DNA of 64,000 nt from Amphiscolops sp. MND2022 (Eukaryota), in the NCBI GenBank assembly GCA_964187785.1, contig OZ076409.1:69814001-69878000 (forward strand), given 5' to 3'. Numbering within the stretch: the first letter of the stretch is position 1; every line of letters begins with the position of its first letter. The translations under genes and the position numbers were made by a program. The notes below the pieces were generated by a model, which searched no databases, was not told where the DNA came from, and saw nothing but the letters and a program-made list of their open reading frames with translations. Shown piece by piece: positions 25,114 to 38,450 of this stretch.

Positions 25114-26518
25114 GTTAGTTCATATTTGGACTTTTGTTTAAGCTGGCGACACTAATTGGCGCCATTGTGTTGACATCTTAAGTAAAGATTTCAGTTTCTT
25201 GAAAGGATGCCTCAATTGCTAATAGATATGGTCCTGTTGTAAAAATTCAATGGGAAACTTGGATGTGGGCTCTGTTCAATCAGTAATATTATTTCTGACA
25301 TATGCTTACTCTGAGCTTGCTCTAGAAGTCTATTTAACGTAGCTACAACGACCGGGAAAACCTGAAAAATCATTATCGTCCAGAATTTCGAAACATTAAA
25401 CGTTTAAGGCACATTGCCCAGAAACAAGTTTTTTTTTGTTTTAACGTTTTAACGCTTTACATGCTACAAGCCCGAATGCTGGGAAATTTTATTTAAAAAA
25501 CCTAAAAATTCAGAAAGCTTCCGGTAGTAAATTTGTGGGATTACACTGCAGATTCGACTAATGCCATTAAAATTGATAATTTTTCCCGCTTCGTTACCGA
25601 CACTGTCACCTCCTTTTCTCAACTATTCGTCGAACTTAATCACCGCTTCTCCAATAGCACGCGCAGAAGACGACGCTAGTTTGCAGTTTTTAACATGATT
25701 GAAGTTATATTAGAATGAAAGGGCACCAAAATGGATGACGTCTCAGCTGCATTTAAAAATGGAACTCCCAGCTTGACAACCATGGCCCATTCTTGGCTTT
25801 TCATCCATGATCAAGGCTTTTTCATAGCATTAAATTCGAACTATGACTAATCATCGCAGACGATTATTATTGCATTCGAGTCATGGTTTGTCATTCGTGG
25901 TGATTTTGTGATCATGGCTATGATGGGAACCCATGATTCCCCCATGAAGATCTATGACAAAAAGCTAAATGTTCTATTAACCATGAAAGTTTTTGACAAA
26001 ACTGTGAAAATTATTCCATTTCAGTAGAAACCAATCAGGAGGGTTTGAAGAGAACGAATTTTGTTTACTAAATGATTCCTTTAAAAATGTAGGAAAGCAA
26101 CAAAGTATAAAGCCGTACAATCTCATCGTTTAATATTAGAGATTGAACTACTTCTTTAAATTCACTAATTGTCTACTCTAGTGTTGTGTAAGAGCATCAT
26201 TATTACAAAATAAAAGAGGTTCTAGGCAATTCCATCCTCCAATTCATGGTTTCATTCATGATCATAGTATAATTCTCGGCATGGCGAACCCATGAATCAT
26301 GGATGATTCATTGATGGAAAGCCACGACTTGTGAACCTGAACCTAGAACCTTTTGTTTATTTCAATTACGTTTCGAAAGAACCCAATTGAACGGTTAACG
26401 AAACGTCCAAGAGGCATACTAAAATTTAATATTTCGCGCAACTCTTCGACAAATATTGAAGTTATATGGAAGCCAGTGAAAGTCCAATTAAACAAACAAT
26501 TATTCAAAAACTGTCCAT

Positions 26519-27199
26519 TCAAACTCGATCCAGTGTAAGATGCATATCATGCATACTGTCGTGATTTTGATCATCGTTATATGATTCAATTGAACTATCT
26601 CTAGACCTTTGTCTACAATTCAGTTGGCTTGAGAGTGTTTTAGGGCGCTTTTCCCAAGCTCTCAACACATTTTCAGCTTCGGGGTTCCGGTGTCGCTCAC
26701 TAGACTTTAGGTCCTCAGTGTTAGAATTTACAGTCCTCAAGCTGGGATGTAGCTCATTGGACCCTCGATCCACTACGGTCAAATCTGTTCTCCCCTGCTT
26801 CTCTATCGTATTATGGATAGAAGGAAGTACCTTTTCAGTAATCGCGTTGTTAATTGCATCTTGTATTTGGAAGTTCAGGCTAGTCTTAATTTCATTCAAC
26901 TTTCTTGACATTTGATTTAAAATTTCTTTACTAATCATTCTTGTGGTCTCAATAGCAATATCACTATTTTCTCTACTATTGGTGTTAAGTAAAGACTTGA
27001 AATCTTCCCCTACTAGATTTGAATTTTGTTGGGGTCTACTTGGACCTGAGTCTAAATTCACTTCGTTTTCGCTGCCATCATTTTCATTCTCATCTCTTGA
27101 GTAACTTCCTAACATAATATCTACATTTTCAACATCAGACATCAAGTCCATTTGTCTAGATCGGCGTTCTTTAGCCTTCTGTTTTCTCGTACAAGGCAT
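26519..27199 (-). CDS. LTR-encoded ORF (226 aa, about 214 codons inside the LTR); probable N-terminus of a retrotransposon ORF1/gag
   Basis: ATG lies about 135 nt downstream of the TATA box. The frame stays open through the LTR end. Basic N-terminus and an amphipathic helical segment. Confidence 0.55.
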   Translation of the reverse strand: MPCTRKQKAKERRSRQMDLMSDVENVDIMLGSYSRDENENDGSENEVNLDSGPSRPQQNSNLVGEDFKSLLNTNSRENSDIAIETTRMISKEILNQMSRKLNEIKTSLNFQIQDAINNAITEKVLPSIHNTIEKQGRTDLTVVDRGSNELHPSLRTVNSNTEDLKSSERHRNPEAENVLRAWEKRPKTLSSQLNCRQRSRDSSIESYNDDQNHDSMHDMHLTLDRV

Positions 27200-28076
27200 C
27201 AGAGAATATGTTCATTCAACAATCAATTCACAGTGTAATACAGAGCAAATCAACTTTCACAACGTAAACAATGGTCAACTTGTTTGTATCAAAGTTATAT
27301 TCAAAGTCGATCCCCTGCCTTCTCGTCCCTCCTATTTATAGTTGGACGAGAGGTGAAAGGTATAATTACGCGTGTTATGTAGTTAAATATAGGACACAAT
27401 CATCTAAAAATAGCTCCTTCAGCCTTTTCGTCATAGTGACGTCACTGGTCTAGGTTACATCAAAGGAGGATTAAACAATATGTCTACAAAATCCAACATC
27501 AATGTTCTACAACTAAGTATTTCATTCTCATGTTTCTAACTAAATAGCAACTTTGCATGAAGTGGATCTTTGGTAACATCATCAACATTTTGGTTGAATA
27601 GACATTCAGTCCAATTAGCTATAGCAACGCATTTGAATGGTAGCGTAATGTATGTCACGTGACTGGTTTCCGCTGTGGACTTTAAGTCCACGCGGCGACA
27701 GCAATGTAAGTATAAAAGAAGCACCGTGATTGGTTAATATTCTTTGGACTGAGCGTACATTGAGCAAGAGGAAAAGCACATTTGAACTCGTTTCCTTGTA
27801 TTAATCACTAGTATTGCTTTCTCATTTACATTGATTTCCAAATCAACTCATCACATTGGTAATCAGTCAACATCAATTGACAACACAGGCACAAAATGAA
27901 TAATTAAAACATAATATTAACTAAGTTTGTTTGTACTATCATTAATTTTGTTGTGGCTCAGAGGACTGCAAATCTTTTAAGTTTAGATAGGAAGTACACC
28001 AGGTGGAGGGGGTTAGTGTTATCCCCTTCAATCAGTGTTTGGTAGTAATTACCGTCAGAGGCGGCAGCCTGCGACA
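26557..28076 (-). mobile_element. Solo LTR (1520 bp) with 5-bp TSD
   Basis: TGTCG...CGACA termini; TSD CATAC at 26552-26556 and 28077-28081; minus-strand TATAAATA at about 27333-27340. Confidence 0.8.
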
Positions 28077-31000
28077 CATACCGACGGAATTTTTTTCCTA
28101 AAACCTCTTGTTGCTCAGAATTTTTGAGGAAAGCCGAACAACAAATTTTTTATTTATGCAAAGAGACAATGTTGTGTAAAGTTTATCAAATTTACAGAAC
28201 TGCAAAATTCTTGAAGGAATGCCCATAAGACCCGAGAAGCGCTCTTCCCCAACTTGAAACATCAAAAACTGAATTTTTTAATTTAAAAATTCAATTTTCC
28301 AAAAAAAATTTATCAGGCATAGTGCCGAAACGAAAACGGAGCTTTAAGCACGCCAAATGTCGCAGAGTGTCGAAAAAACCGTTGGTCTTTTCCACAAGTT
28401 TTTAGACAACTCATCGGTTCTCCGGGATCGAAAAACTTTTCGTGTCTCATGGCGCCAAAAATTTTACAGAAAGGACCCTTTGGACTTTTTATCATCCAGT
28501 TTATTGCAAAAAATCAAAATAACCAAAGAGGGGACCTTTGGCGGCACCAAGACATTTTGGAAAAAAATCTCACAATGCTGAAAAAAGCAATAAAACCTTC
28601 TGAGATGTCTAGTAACAACAAAAGCTTTAACCAGACGGGATCGTCTCAAGTCAGCGCCATATCTAAGGTTCAAAATTATTCAAAGAACAACTATTGGAAA
28701 CAATTGGAAAAATTATTTTTTTTTCAAAAAAACAAATTGAATTTTTTTTTTCGAAAAAAAGTATTTTTTAAAAAATCGCACAATGCCGAAAAACTCAAAA
28801 AGAGGCCATTCAGGCTCATTAAACGTTTTTACAAACCGAAAACTTCAAAAAAAATGCAAGGGGTTACCCTTTGAAAGAATCCGAAAATTTTCGAAAAAAA
28901 GTCGCATAGTGCCGAAAAAAAACGAAAAAAATCAAACGAAAGAAAACCTTTGGTCTCGCATCTACTTTTGGAAGCATAAAAATTTTGGGGTTTAGTGCGA
29001 GAATCGAACCCACGATCTCCGGCTTCTCAGAAAATTAGTTGAACAAATGGACAAAGATTGTAAGAAAAGTGGACCATTCAGAGTGAGATTGTAGGCTGAA
29101 AAAGAAAAAAACTACCCACTGTAATAGTCGGGCTTTTTTCCTTGAGGGAAAAGGCACCGACTAAAAACGATGGTAGCCAAAGGCCGTACGCTTTGGATGC
29201 ACCAGAGATTGCTTATTAGTAAGCTAAGAAGGCCTAGAGAATTTCTGTAAAAAGTGGAAATTTCAGCGTGAGTTTTGCTTTCACTTTTCAACATCAGACA
29301 TCAAGTCCATTTGTCTAGATCGGCGTTCTTTAGCCTTCTGTTTTCTCGTAGAAGGCATCAGAGAATATGTTCATTCAACAATCAATTCACAGTGTAATAC
29401 AGAGCAAATCAACTTTCACAACGTAACAATGGTCAACTTGTTTGTATCAAAGTTTTATTCAAAATCGATCCCCTGCCTTCTTGTCCCTCCTATTTATAGT
29501 TGGACGAGAGGTGACAGGCATAATTACGCGTGTCATGTAGTTAAATATAGAACACAATCATCTAAAAATAGCTCCTTCAGCCTTTTCGTCATAGTGACGT
29601 CACTGGTCTAGGTTACATCAAAGGAGGATTAAACAATAGGTCTACAAAATCCAACATCAATGTTCTACAACTAAGTATTTCATTTTCATGTTTCTAACTA
29701 AATAGCAACTTTGCATGAAGTGGATCTTTGGTAACATCATCAACATTTTGGTTGAATAGACATTCAGTCCAATTTGCTATAGCAACGCATTTGAATGGTA
29801 GCGTAATGTATGTCACGTGACTGGTTTTTGCTGTGAACTTTAAGTCCACGCGGCGACAGCAATGTAAGTATAAAAGAAGCACCGTGATTGGTTAATATTC
29901 TTTGGACTGAGCGTACATTGAGCGAGAGGAAAAGCACATTTGAACTCGTTTCCTTGTATTAATTACTAGTATTGCTTTCTCATTTACATTGATTTCCAAA
30001 TCAACTCATCACATTGGTAATCAGTCAACATCAATTGACAACACAGGCACAAAATGAATAATTAAAACATAATATTAACTAAGTTTGTTTGTATTATCAT
30101 TAATTTTGTTGTGGCTCAGAGGACTGCAAATCTTTTAAGTTTAGATAGGAAGTACACCAGGTGGAGGGGGTTAGTGTTATCCCCTTCAATCAGTATTTGG
30201 TAGTAATTACCGTCACAGGCGGCAGCCTGCGACACATACCGACGGAATTTTTTTCCTAAAACTTCTTGTTGCTCAGAATTTTTGAGGAAAGCCGAACAAC
30301 AAATTTTTATTTATGGAAAGAGACAATGTTGTGTAAAGTTTATCAAATTTACAGAGCTGAAAAATTCTTGAAGGAATGCCCATAAGACAAGAGAAGCGCT
30401 CTTCCCCAACTTGAAACATCAAAAACTGAATTTTTAAATTTAAAAATTCAATTTTCCAAAAAAAATTTATCAGGCATAGTGCCGAAACGAAAACGGAGCT
30501 TTAAGCACGCCAAATCTCGCAGAGTGTCGAAAAAACCGTTGGTCTTTTCCACAAGTTTTGAGACAACTCATCGGTTCTCCGGGATCGAAAAACTTTTCGT
30601 GTCTCACGGCGCCAAAAATTTTACAGAAAGGACCCTTTGGACTTTTTATCATCCAGTTTATTGCAAAAAATCAAAATAACCAAAGAGGGGACCTTTGGAG
30701 ACACCAAGACTTTTTGGAAAAAAAATCTCACAATGCTGAAAAAAGCAATAAAACCTTCTGAGATGTCTAGTAACGACGAAAGCTTTAACCAGACGGGATC
30801 GTCTCAAGTCGGCGCCATATCTAAGGTTCAAAAATATTCAAAGAACAACTATTGGAAACAATTGGAAAAATTATTTTTTTCAAAAAAAATAAATTGAAAA
30901 TTTTTTTCGAAAAAAAGTATTTTTTAGAAAGTCGCACAATGCCGAAAAACTCAAAAAGAGGCCATTCAGGCTCATTAAACGTTTTTACAAACCGAAAACT

Positions 31001-31433
31001 TCAAAAAAAATGCAAGGGGTTACCCTTTGAAAGAATCCGAAAATTTTCGAAAAAAAGTCGCATAGTGCCGAAAAAAAAACGAAAAAAATCAAACGAAAGA
31101 AAACCTTTGGTCTCGCATCTACTTTTGGAAGCATAAAAATTTTGTGGTTTAGTGCGAGAATCGAACCCATGATCTCCGGCTTCTCAGAAAATTAGTTGAA
31201 CAAATGAACAAAGATTGTAAGAAAAGTGGACCATTCAGAGTGAGATTGTAGGCTGAAAAAGAAAAAAAACTACCCACTGTAATAGTCTTCCCACTTAAGG
31301 GAAAAGGCACCGACTAAAAACGATGGTAGCCAAAGGCCGTAGCCTTTGGATGCACCAGAGATTGCTTATTAGTAAGCTAAGAAGGCCTAGAGAAATTCTG
31401 TAAAAAGTGGAAGTTTCAGCGTGAGTTTTGCTT
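27126..31433. repeat. Tandem duplication, unit about 2.16 kb (27126-29284 / 29285-31433)
   Basis: Collinear sequence at offset ~2159 with scattered substitutions. The unit is part of the solo LTR plus its TSD and the flanking dispersed repeat. Confidence 0.93.
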
Positions 31434-31642
31434 CCAGTGAAAAAGGTCACTGTAAGAGTCGCTCAATTTTTTGCACAAACAGTGCTTACTAAAAATGAGG
31501 AAATCTAATACCCGACCGTAAAGCAAGCGTCATTAACTTAATACTCACATTAATTACTTCTTCGTTTGCAGTCATGAAAACTGGGAATGTTAAACCCAGA
31601 ACCTCACTTATCGGCTATTTCCCCGCAATTGATGCTTGTAGA

Positions 31643-32086
31643 CAGGGTTGGTCATTTGTTTGTTTTTCATCAAATAAAACAAACAAACAGTTTTTAATGC
31701 AAATAAACAAGTTTTTTATTGTTTTTTATAAGTTTTCCACTTCAAACTGAGAAAAACTGATAGTATTGTTTCTTTATCTTCAACTACATTAAATGTAAAT
31801 AAAATAAACTTTCTTGTTTAATTGGCGATACATAAAGCAGAGTTCGGCTGCCTTTTCGTTATCCAGTTGGCATCTCAGCTTTCCATAAATGATTTTTTAA
31901 CATAAACAATATATCACTTTCAAAAAGTAGGTGATGAAAACAATCGAGAATAAAAAAAAACAATAAATTATCTTATTCAAATCCCAAAATGTTTAATAAA
32001 AATTTTTTAAAACGTTTTTTATTGATGTTTTAGAACGTTTTTTATTGACGTGTTTCAAAACATTGTTTTAAAACAGGCCAATCCTG
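31643..32086. mobile_element. hAT-type MITE
   Basis: TIRs CAGGGTTGG / CCAATCCTG; 8-bp TSD CTTGTAGA at 31635-31642 and 32087-32094. Confidence 0.85.
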
Positions 32087-33188
32087 CTTGTAGATAGCTT
32101 CACTGACATACGAAATCCTGAATTGTTCAATTGGCAGTACCGCATAAATGGAGCCTTTGAAAAAATCGCTTTGTTCATAAGATTCAGTTGGATTGAGCAG
32201 TAAGCAAATACCGAGTTGGTTTGGTTACTTCAATCAGTGTTTAAAATGAAAATAGAAACAGCAGCAGAACCTGAGAGTATCATACTTGCTTGAAATATTG
32301 GAATCAATATTCCAGCTTTGCAGAAAATTGATTGAAAGTACCGAAAGATCACATAAGTCTGTTACAGTGCAGTGGGTACTGTACCTTCCATTTCAGAAGG
32401 AAAGGAAACAATTGGCTTTTTTTCAAGCATAAAAACGATGTTCTTCTTCAACAAACACCTTGTTCACCAGAAGAAATTTTCAAATGTTGATCATCACAGT
32501 ATTTCCACCGTTAGAAAAACGATTGAAAACGGACTTTTGCCGCTGCTCCTAAAACTCTCTCCGTAGCTCCGTTACGTTAGACTTTCAGACTGACAATGAA
32601 TGTCCGAAAAGCTCTTGGTGACGTCGAGAATATTAATTTTGTGCTTTTCCTGCAGATGTTACGTGGTCTGTTTGTTAAAAAGAGACTGGTTGTTTGATGG
32701 TTTTCTCCCAGTTCTTTACAGGCGGGACTTATCAAAGACAATTTTTTTTGCAGATTTATTTTTTTATGAACTTTTTGCATACTGCATTTTATTGGATGAA
32801 ATGATAACAGGAAACATAGGTAGTTTTTTGTGTCGTTTATGAGAGAAAGTAATTTTAACAACGTTTCGAATATAATGCAGTGTGGCCAGTTGATTTTGCC
32901 AAAAACTGATCATGCATTACAGCAAACTGAGATTTAGTTGACAATATCTTTAAATAATTCAAATAAAACCATAACTACATAAAATGGCATCTAAGTTCCT
33001 GGGTATTTCAAATTTCTACCTCAAATGGTCTTTGAGGAATAGCTTTTTTGGCAAGCTCAAATAGCCAAAGCTACTCTGTACTACAGTTAGTCTCGAATCT
33101 CGTATTGAAATGTGGCATTTAAATGCAAGTTCGACGTAATTGACAAAAGTAGCCAATTCTTCAATTAAAAACACTTTTGAGAAAATAC

Positions 33189-36100
33189 TGTTATATTCTA
33201 CTACTCTAACTAGAATTGAGAAAAGAGTAAAAAATATTTCACTAGTTGTAACGGCAAGCTCTGGTACAGCAATATCAACCGATTTTGCAACTTTGACATG
33301 TTCAGAAATTTTGTCAAAAATTCTAATCCGATGTGTGACGTGGCACTGAGCATGTGATTGCTCTTTTCGCTGTTTCCACGAAATTGGCAGGTACTTCGAC
33401 AACAAAGAGCAAGAACGAGCAAAAACACGGGCGCGCCGCCATGAAAAAAGCCAGAGACGGCAAGAACATCCGAAAATAGACTCTTTTTGAGGTGCTAACA
33501 CCGGTTTTATCGATTTTCAGCATTATGCTACCCTATGTAGCGGAAACCGTAAAAATGAGTCTTTTCGCCTAAAGATCCTTGTTTGGTGCTTGGAGCCCCT
33601 GCGCCCCAGCTTTTTAGCTGTGTGGTTTGCCATATTCGTGCCTGTTTTCATGTATTTTCAGTGATTTTGGCTGTATTCAGTAGCGTTAGCGCTAGTTTAG
33701 ATCTTATTCCCCAATTTTAGATCTTATTCACATCTATCTCATCTATCAGTCGGATGGAATGTGGTTCAACCATCAACTTCACCTCTCGTACATAAGTGCA
33801 AATCACTGAAAACAGCTAGAAAAACCTGTTAAACACCAGTAGCGACGTGCTACTGTCCACTACGCTTCTAAAAAGAGGACCCGCTGATGGGAACCTTACA
33901 ATTTTAGACGATATCTGTCAACAAGTACCTGTTATCGAAATATACCAAAGCTACTCGGAAAAATCCCCCGAAAGACTGGAAAAATACCAAAATATAATGT
34001 CATATCATCTAAAAAATTTGGAAAAACTCTGGGTAAACGTCTCCTTCCAGAGTCCAATCGTTCTTGGCGTCCAATACCAGGGGGTCGGAAATTTCAAAAC
34101 CATATAATAGGGCAGTAATCGGAAGCGATCCCTCTGTGGTCGCCAAAAAATGAGGTCTCATGTAACGGCAAGCAATTATCGGTCGCTTAACACATTAACA
34201 GAGGTGGAGGAACCTGCAGGAATGGGTGATTCGCTCGGGACAGGCGCCCATCGCCACAGATCCATTTTGCCTCCAGGGGTGAAATACGTCCCGGGGCCGC
34301 GGGTGCTTCGACGAATACTGTCCAACCGGTCCTAGTCTTTGATTGCTAATAGTAACGGGCATCTTTCTGGCTCTCTAAAGACCACCGCTTAACTAGCATA
34401 TAAAAACAATGCCAAGAATAAAGTAAATTTCCAGTTCCAGGGTGACATGTGAATAAGATCTAAAATTGGGGAATAAGATCTAAACTAGCGCTAGCGCTAC
34501 TGAATACAGCCAAAATCACTGAAAATACATGAAAACAGGCACGAATATGGCAAACCACACAGCTAAAAAGCTGGGGCGCAGGGGCTCCAAGCACCAAACA
34601 AGGATCTTTGGGCGAAAAGACTCATTTTTACGGTTTCCGCTACATAGGGTAGCATAATGCTGAAAATCGATAAAACCGGTGTTAGCACCTCAAAAAGAGT
34701 CTATTTTCGGATGTTCTTGCCGTCTCTGGTTTCTGTCATGGCGGCGCGCCCGTATTTTTGCTCGTTCTTGCTCTTTGTTGTCGAAGTACCTGTCAATTTC
34801 GTGGAAACAGCGAAAAGAGCAATCACATGCTCAGTGCCACGTCACACATCGGATTAGAATTTTTGACAAAATTTCTGAACATGTCAAAGTTGCAAAATCG
34901 GTTGATATTGCTGTACCAGAGCTTGCCGTTACAAGTTCTAGACTGTTTTCTATATAACACAATTGTAGTAATGTATCATATGCAATTTAATATAGGTGGA
35001 GTTTGTTTGTATACAACTCTGGTTTCTAGATACTAGACAGTCTGTGAGTTTATAGACCGAAGCTCGGTAGAGGCCATGTAAACCGGATTGAACCGAATAT
35101 GACATTTCTCCCCCTATTCTTTTCTCGTATTCTTCTTTTAGTTTCGATTGGAGGGGCCTGGTGGTGTAACTTCTTCGGGAAGGAAGTCCGCTGGTTTCTG
35201 TACCGTTTCCGGCTTGGGTGTTCCCTTGTGTCTATTCCACACAGTACCCGTTATTTCGCTGTCGGTATGCAGTTGTAGTGCGTCCTCTTCCGGATTTGTC
35301 CGTATTGGCACAAATCTTCCGTCTTTCTCGGACGTGTCATATATGATTGGTGTTCCAGTTTCTTCCGGCATTTCTTCATCGTCTTCATCGTCGTCATCAT
35401 CGTCGGTATCGCTTTCTGCCCGCTTTTTGTTCTGGACGATTTTTAGTTTGCCGTTTAGGATGTCCCGGAGGATTTCATCCAGTCGGCCGTACTTCCCGTC
35501 CAGTCCTCGTAGGCAGTGTCGGTTTTTTGCATTTCTTTCTCCGGTTGTGTTTAGTGCCGGTTGTCTTCTGCTCTTTCTTTCGGTCGAATTCTTCTTCTTC
35601 GGTGATTTCGGTCCCTCGGCGAGGTGTTTATCCTCTGTTTTTGTCCTTGCCATCACAATATGATTTGTGATGTCCCCATCCGCGTCGCGGCCCACGTATA
35701 TGGGGATTTTGGGTCTGTTTGTTGCTGATGCGAGGCAGGCTGTACAGTATTTCACCTTGTTTTCAATGTCCTGCTTCTTTTCGGGCCACCAGAATGTGCG
35801 TGCTTCCGATATCATCTTCGTTATGCCGGAATGACCGAAGTGGAAAATAACCAGAAGTCTTCGTCTTAGATCGATGGGTACCACAATTTGGTCGTCGACG
35901 AAAACTAATCCCCATCTTATCGATAGCTTGTCGAATACAGTCCGGTAGCCATCCGGAATTGTTTCCCGATCTTCTCTTCTCATGCTATTTCTGACACGAG
36001 TTAGCTCCGGGTCGATTGCTGTTTTGGCGATCAATGTTTTCAAGTCCATCATGAACTCGAATTCCGCTTTCTTTATGTGTTCTTCCGTTATTTTCTTGTT

Positions 36101-37655
36101 GCTTGTTAGTTTCCCGCCGATGTGGTTAATTTGTATGTATTTGGCTTTTTTCCGTCCGTGTTGTATTTGCTGAGGTCTACTATCGGTAGATTGTCGCCCC
36201 GCATTATGACACTGTCTTCTTCCGTTTCGGCGTTTTCAATTTCCAGTTCCCCTTCTTCCCGTATTTCTTCCGGCTCGTCTTGTTCCTCAATCGATGGTTG
36301 GTATCCGCCGCCCAGTCGATTTGCTCTTCTCATTATTTCTGCGTCGATCTGCGCATTTTCCTCTCTGCTTCGTTTATTCGGTCTTGATGGAGCGAATACT
36401 GTCTGTTGAGTGTAGTGGTCATATCGACGTCTCAATGTTCCCGGTCGGGATAGTTCATTTCTTTGATCTATCAGCCGGTGTGTTTCCGGGCTATTGTTGC
36501 GCCTGCGGATGATCTCCATTATTTCGCGTGTGGCGCCATTTTCACGGTCCATTTCGGTAATTTCCGTTTTTAATTTCCGAGTTTTTGGATCTTGTTTTGA
36601 ACTTTTAATTTCTTTCGTTGAACAAATTGATTCTAGCGTGCTAATTTTGGACTGCCCGGATGTGGTTTTTCCGTTTCGTTGGTCTTTGTTCACGCTGTTT
36701 TTGTTCTCGAATGTTCTATTCGTTTGTGATTGCTTAGTGCGGTTCTCATTTTGTTCTTCAGATGTATCTTTTTTTGTTTTGGTTATTGGTTTCTCGCGTT
36801 TTGATTGGTCGGCGAATATTGGTCCGTATTTCATATTCAATTTTGCTTGTTCGGCTAATATGTTAATGACGTATTCCTCGTCGTAGGTTTATTCCGGTGT
36901 GGCTCCCCCTACCGGATTTCTACTGAGGTAGTCGGTAAATTTCAAGTTATTACCTGCGATATGCTGTATTGATATATCGAAGTGAGTTAAGCGATCTAAC
37001 CATCTCGTTAGTCGTGCGCTATATTGTTTATTACTCCGGTTCCTTTTGATTAATGGTTCCAATGCTTGGTGGTCGGTATATAAGTATATACCTTCTTTCA
37101 TTATAAATAAAATCGGAAATTTTCAAGTCCCCATACTACTGCTACAATTGTAGTTCACCGATAGAATATTTCTTTTCGGTATCGTTCAAGTATCTGCTTC
37201 CGAATGCTATCGGTTTTGTGTTTCCATCATCTTGTTTTTGCCATAATGTTATTCCGAGTCCGGTGGTGCTTGCGTCCGTCGTTACTATATTATCTTTGTC
37301 TTTTGCGTAATGTGTTAAGCACGGACCCTCGGTTAGCATTCGTTTTATTTCTTCAAAGTCTTTCTGCTGTTCTTCTCCCCATTTCCATGGTTCATTCTTT
37401 TTCAGTAGTTTCCGTAGTCGGTCGGTTTGTTCCGAAAGTTTCGGTAGAAATTTTGCCATGTATTGTAATGCCCCGAAAAATAAATTCAGTTCTTTGGTAT
37501 TTTCCGGTGGTTTTAATTTCAGTATTGCTTCCACTTTCTCTTCGTTCGGTTTAATCCCGTTTTCGTCGATTTCATGTCCCAACCATTTTATTCGGTTCAT
37601 TAAAACTTCTGACTTCTTTTCACTTGCTCGGTATCCAGCTTTTTCCAATTTATTT
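33189..37655 (-). mobile_element. Decayed, 5'-truncated Ty3/Gypsy element (RT end, RNase H, internally deleted integrase, PPT, split 3' LTR)
   Basis: Motifs WLGHEI, TTDASTTGLG, YTDHQAL, DYLSRNP, FHFGHSG...CTAC. PPT AGGGGGAGAAA at 35105-35115. The 3' LTR (TGTCATATTC...GAATATAACA) lies at 34934-35104 plus 33189-33246. Confidence 0.88.
33247..34933 (-). mobile_element. Rearranged (foldback) LTR element of the 3-bp-TSD group
   Basis: Complete LTR at 34161-34933 (TGTAACGGCAAGC...GCTTGCCGTTACA), PBS at 34128-34145, and 487-bp inverted arms at 33247-33733 and 34447-34933. Flanks are AGT/AGT. Confidence 0.9.
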
Positions 37656-37971
37656 AGGAAAAACTCAGTCAGTAAAAAATGATATTACCAAAAACATCCT
37701 TTTCTCTTGTAGAATTAAACTGTCGTCATTTGAATAATGTTTAGCAGACAAAAAGATTCTTTCTGAATTTTTTAATGTTTGGTTGCCGTCTCGAAATCAG
37801 GAACACCTTATCATCTTTATTTTGGTTAATTTCTTATGACATTGCACGTGTTTTGATTTTCTGAAGTTTTTCATCATAATCAGTTATTTATTTAATTGTG
37901 GCTTCTTGCCAACAACCACAATTGACGCTGTCTGAACTTATTAACTGCTGGAAACATTTTCCCAAGGATTG

Positions 37972-38450
37972 AACAAGACGAGAATGTCTAAAGTTGGCGC
38001 TATATCTAAGGCTCAAAAAGCGCAAAACATTTTTTTGGAGAAAAAACTTGAATTTTTTTGAAATTATTTTCTTTTGAAAAATGTCGCATAGTGCCGAAAA
38101 ATGTAAAAGGGGGACCCTTTTGGATTTATTAACATACGTCCTGTTGCAAAATATCAAAAAACTTGAAGGAGGACCCTTTGTGGACATTAAAAGTTTTTTG
38201 AAAAAAAAAGTCGCACAGTGCCGAAAAAATCCAAAGGGGACCCTTTAGGCACGTCCAGTTTTGTAGGTTTCCTTGAAAAGTAGAAAAAATGGATGGGGGA
38301 CTCTTTGGATTAAGTTTGCCTTGGCCAGATTTGGCCTTAGGTGGTTTCAGGATTGTTTCTAAAAAGTGGACCGATCAGTGTGAGGATTTTAGTCTGAAAA
38401 AAAAGGTCACTGCTATAGTCGGGCATAGTCGGAAAACGCGCCGACTAAAA
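37972..38450 (+). mobile_element. Compact copy of the DINE-1/Helentron-like repeat
   Basis: Starts AACAAGACG...GGCGCTATATCTAAGGCTCAAAA and ends in the hairpin TAGTCGG...CCGACTAAAAA. Confidence 0.6.

Noticed and set aside
33016..35036. Paired ORFs MLKIDKTG.../MLAPQK... on opposite strands
   Set aside because: By-products of the 487-bp inverted arms; no recognisable domain.
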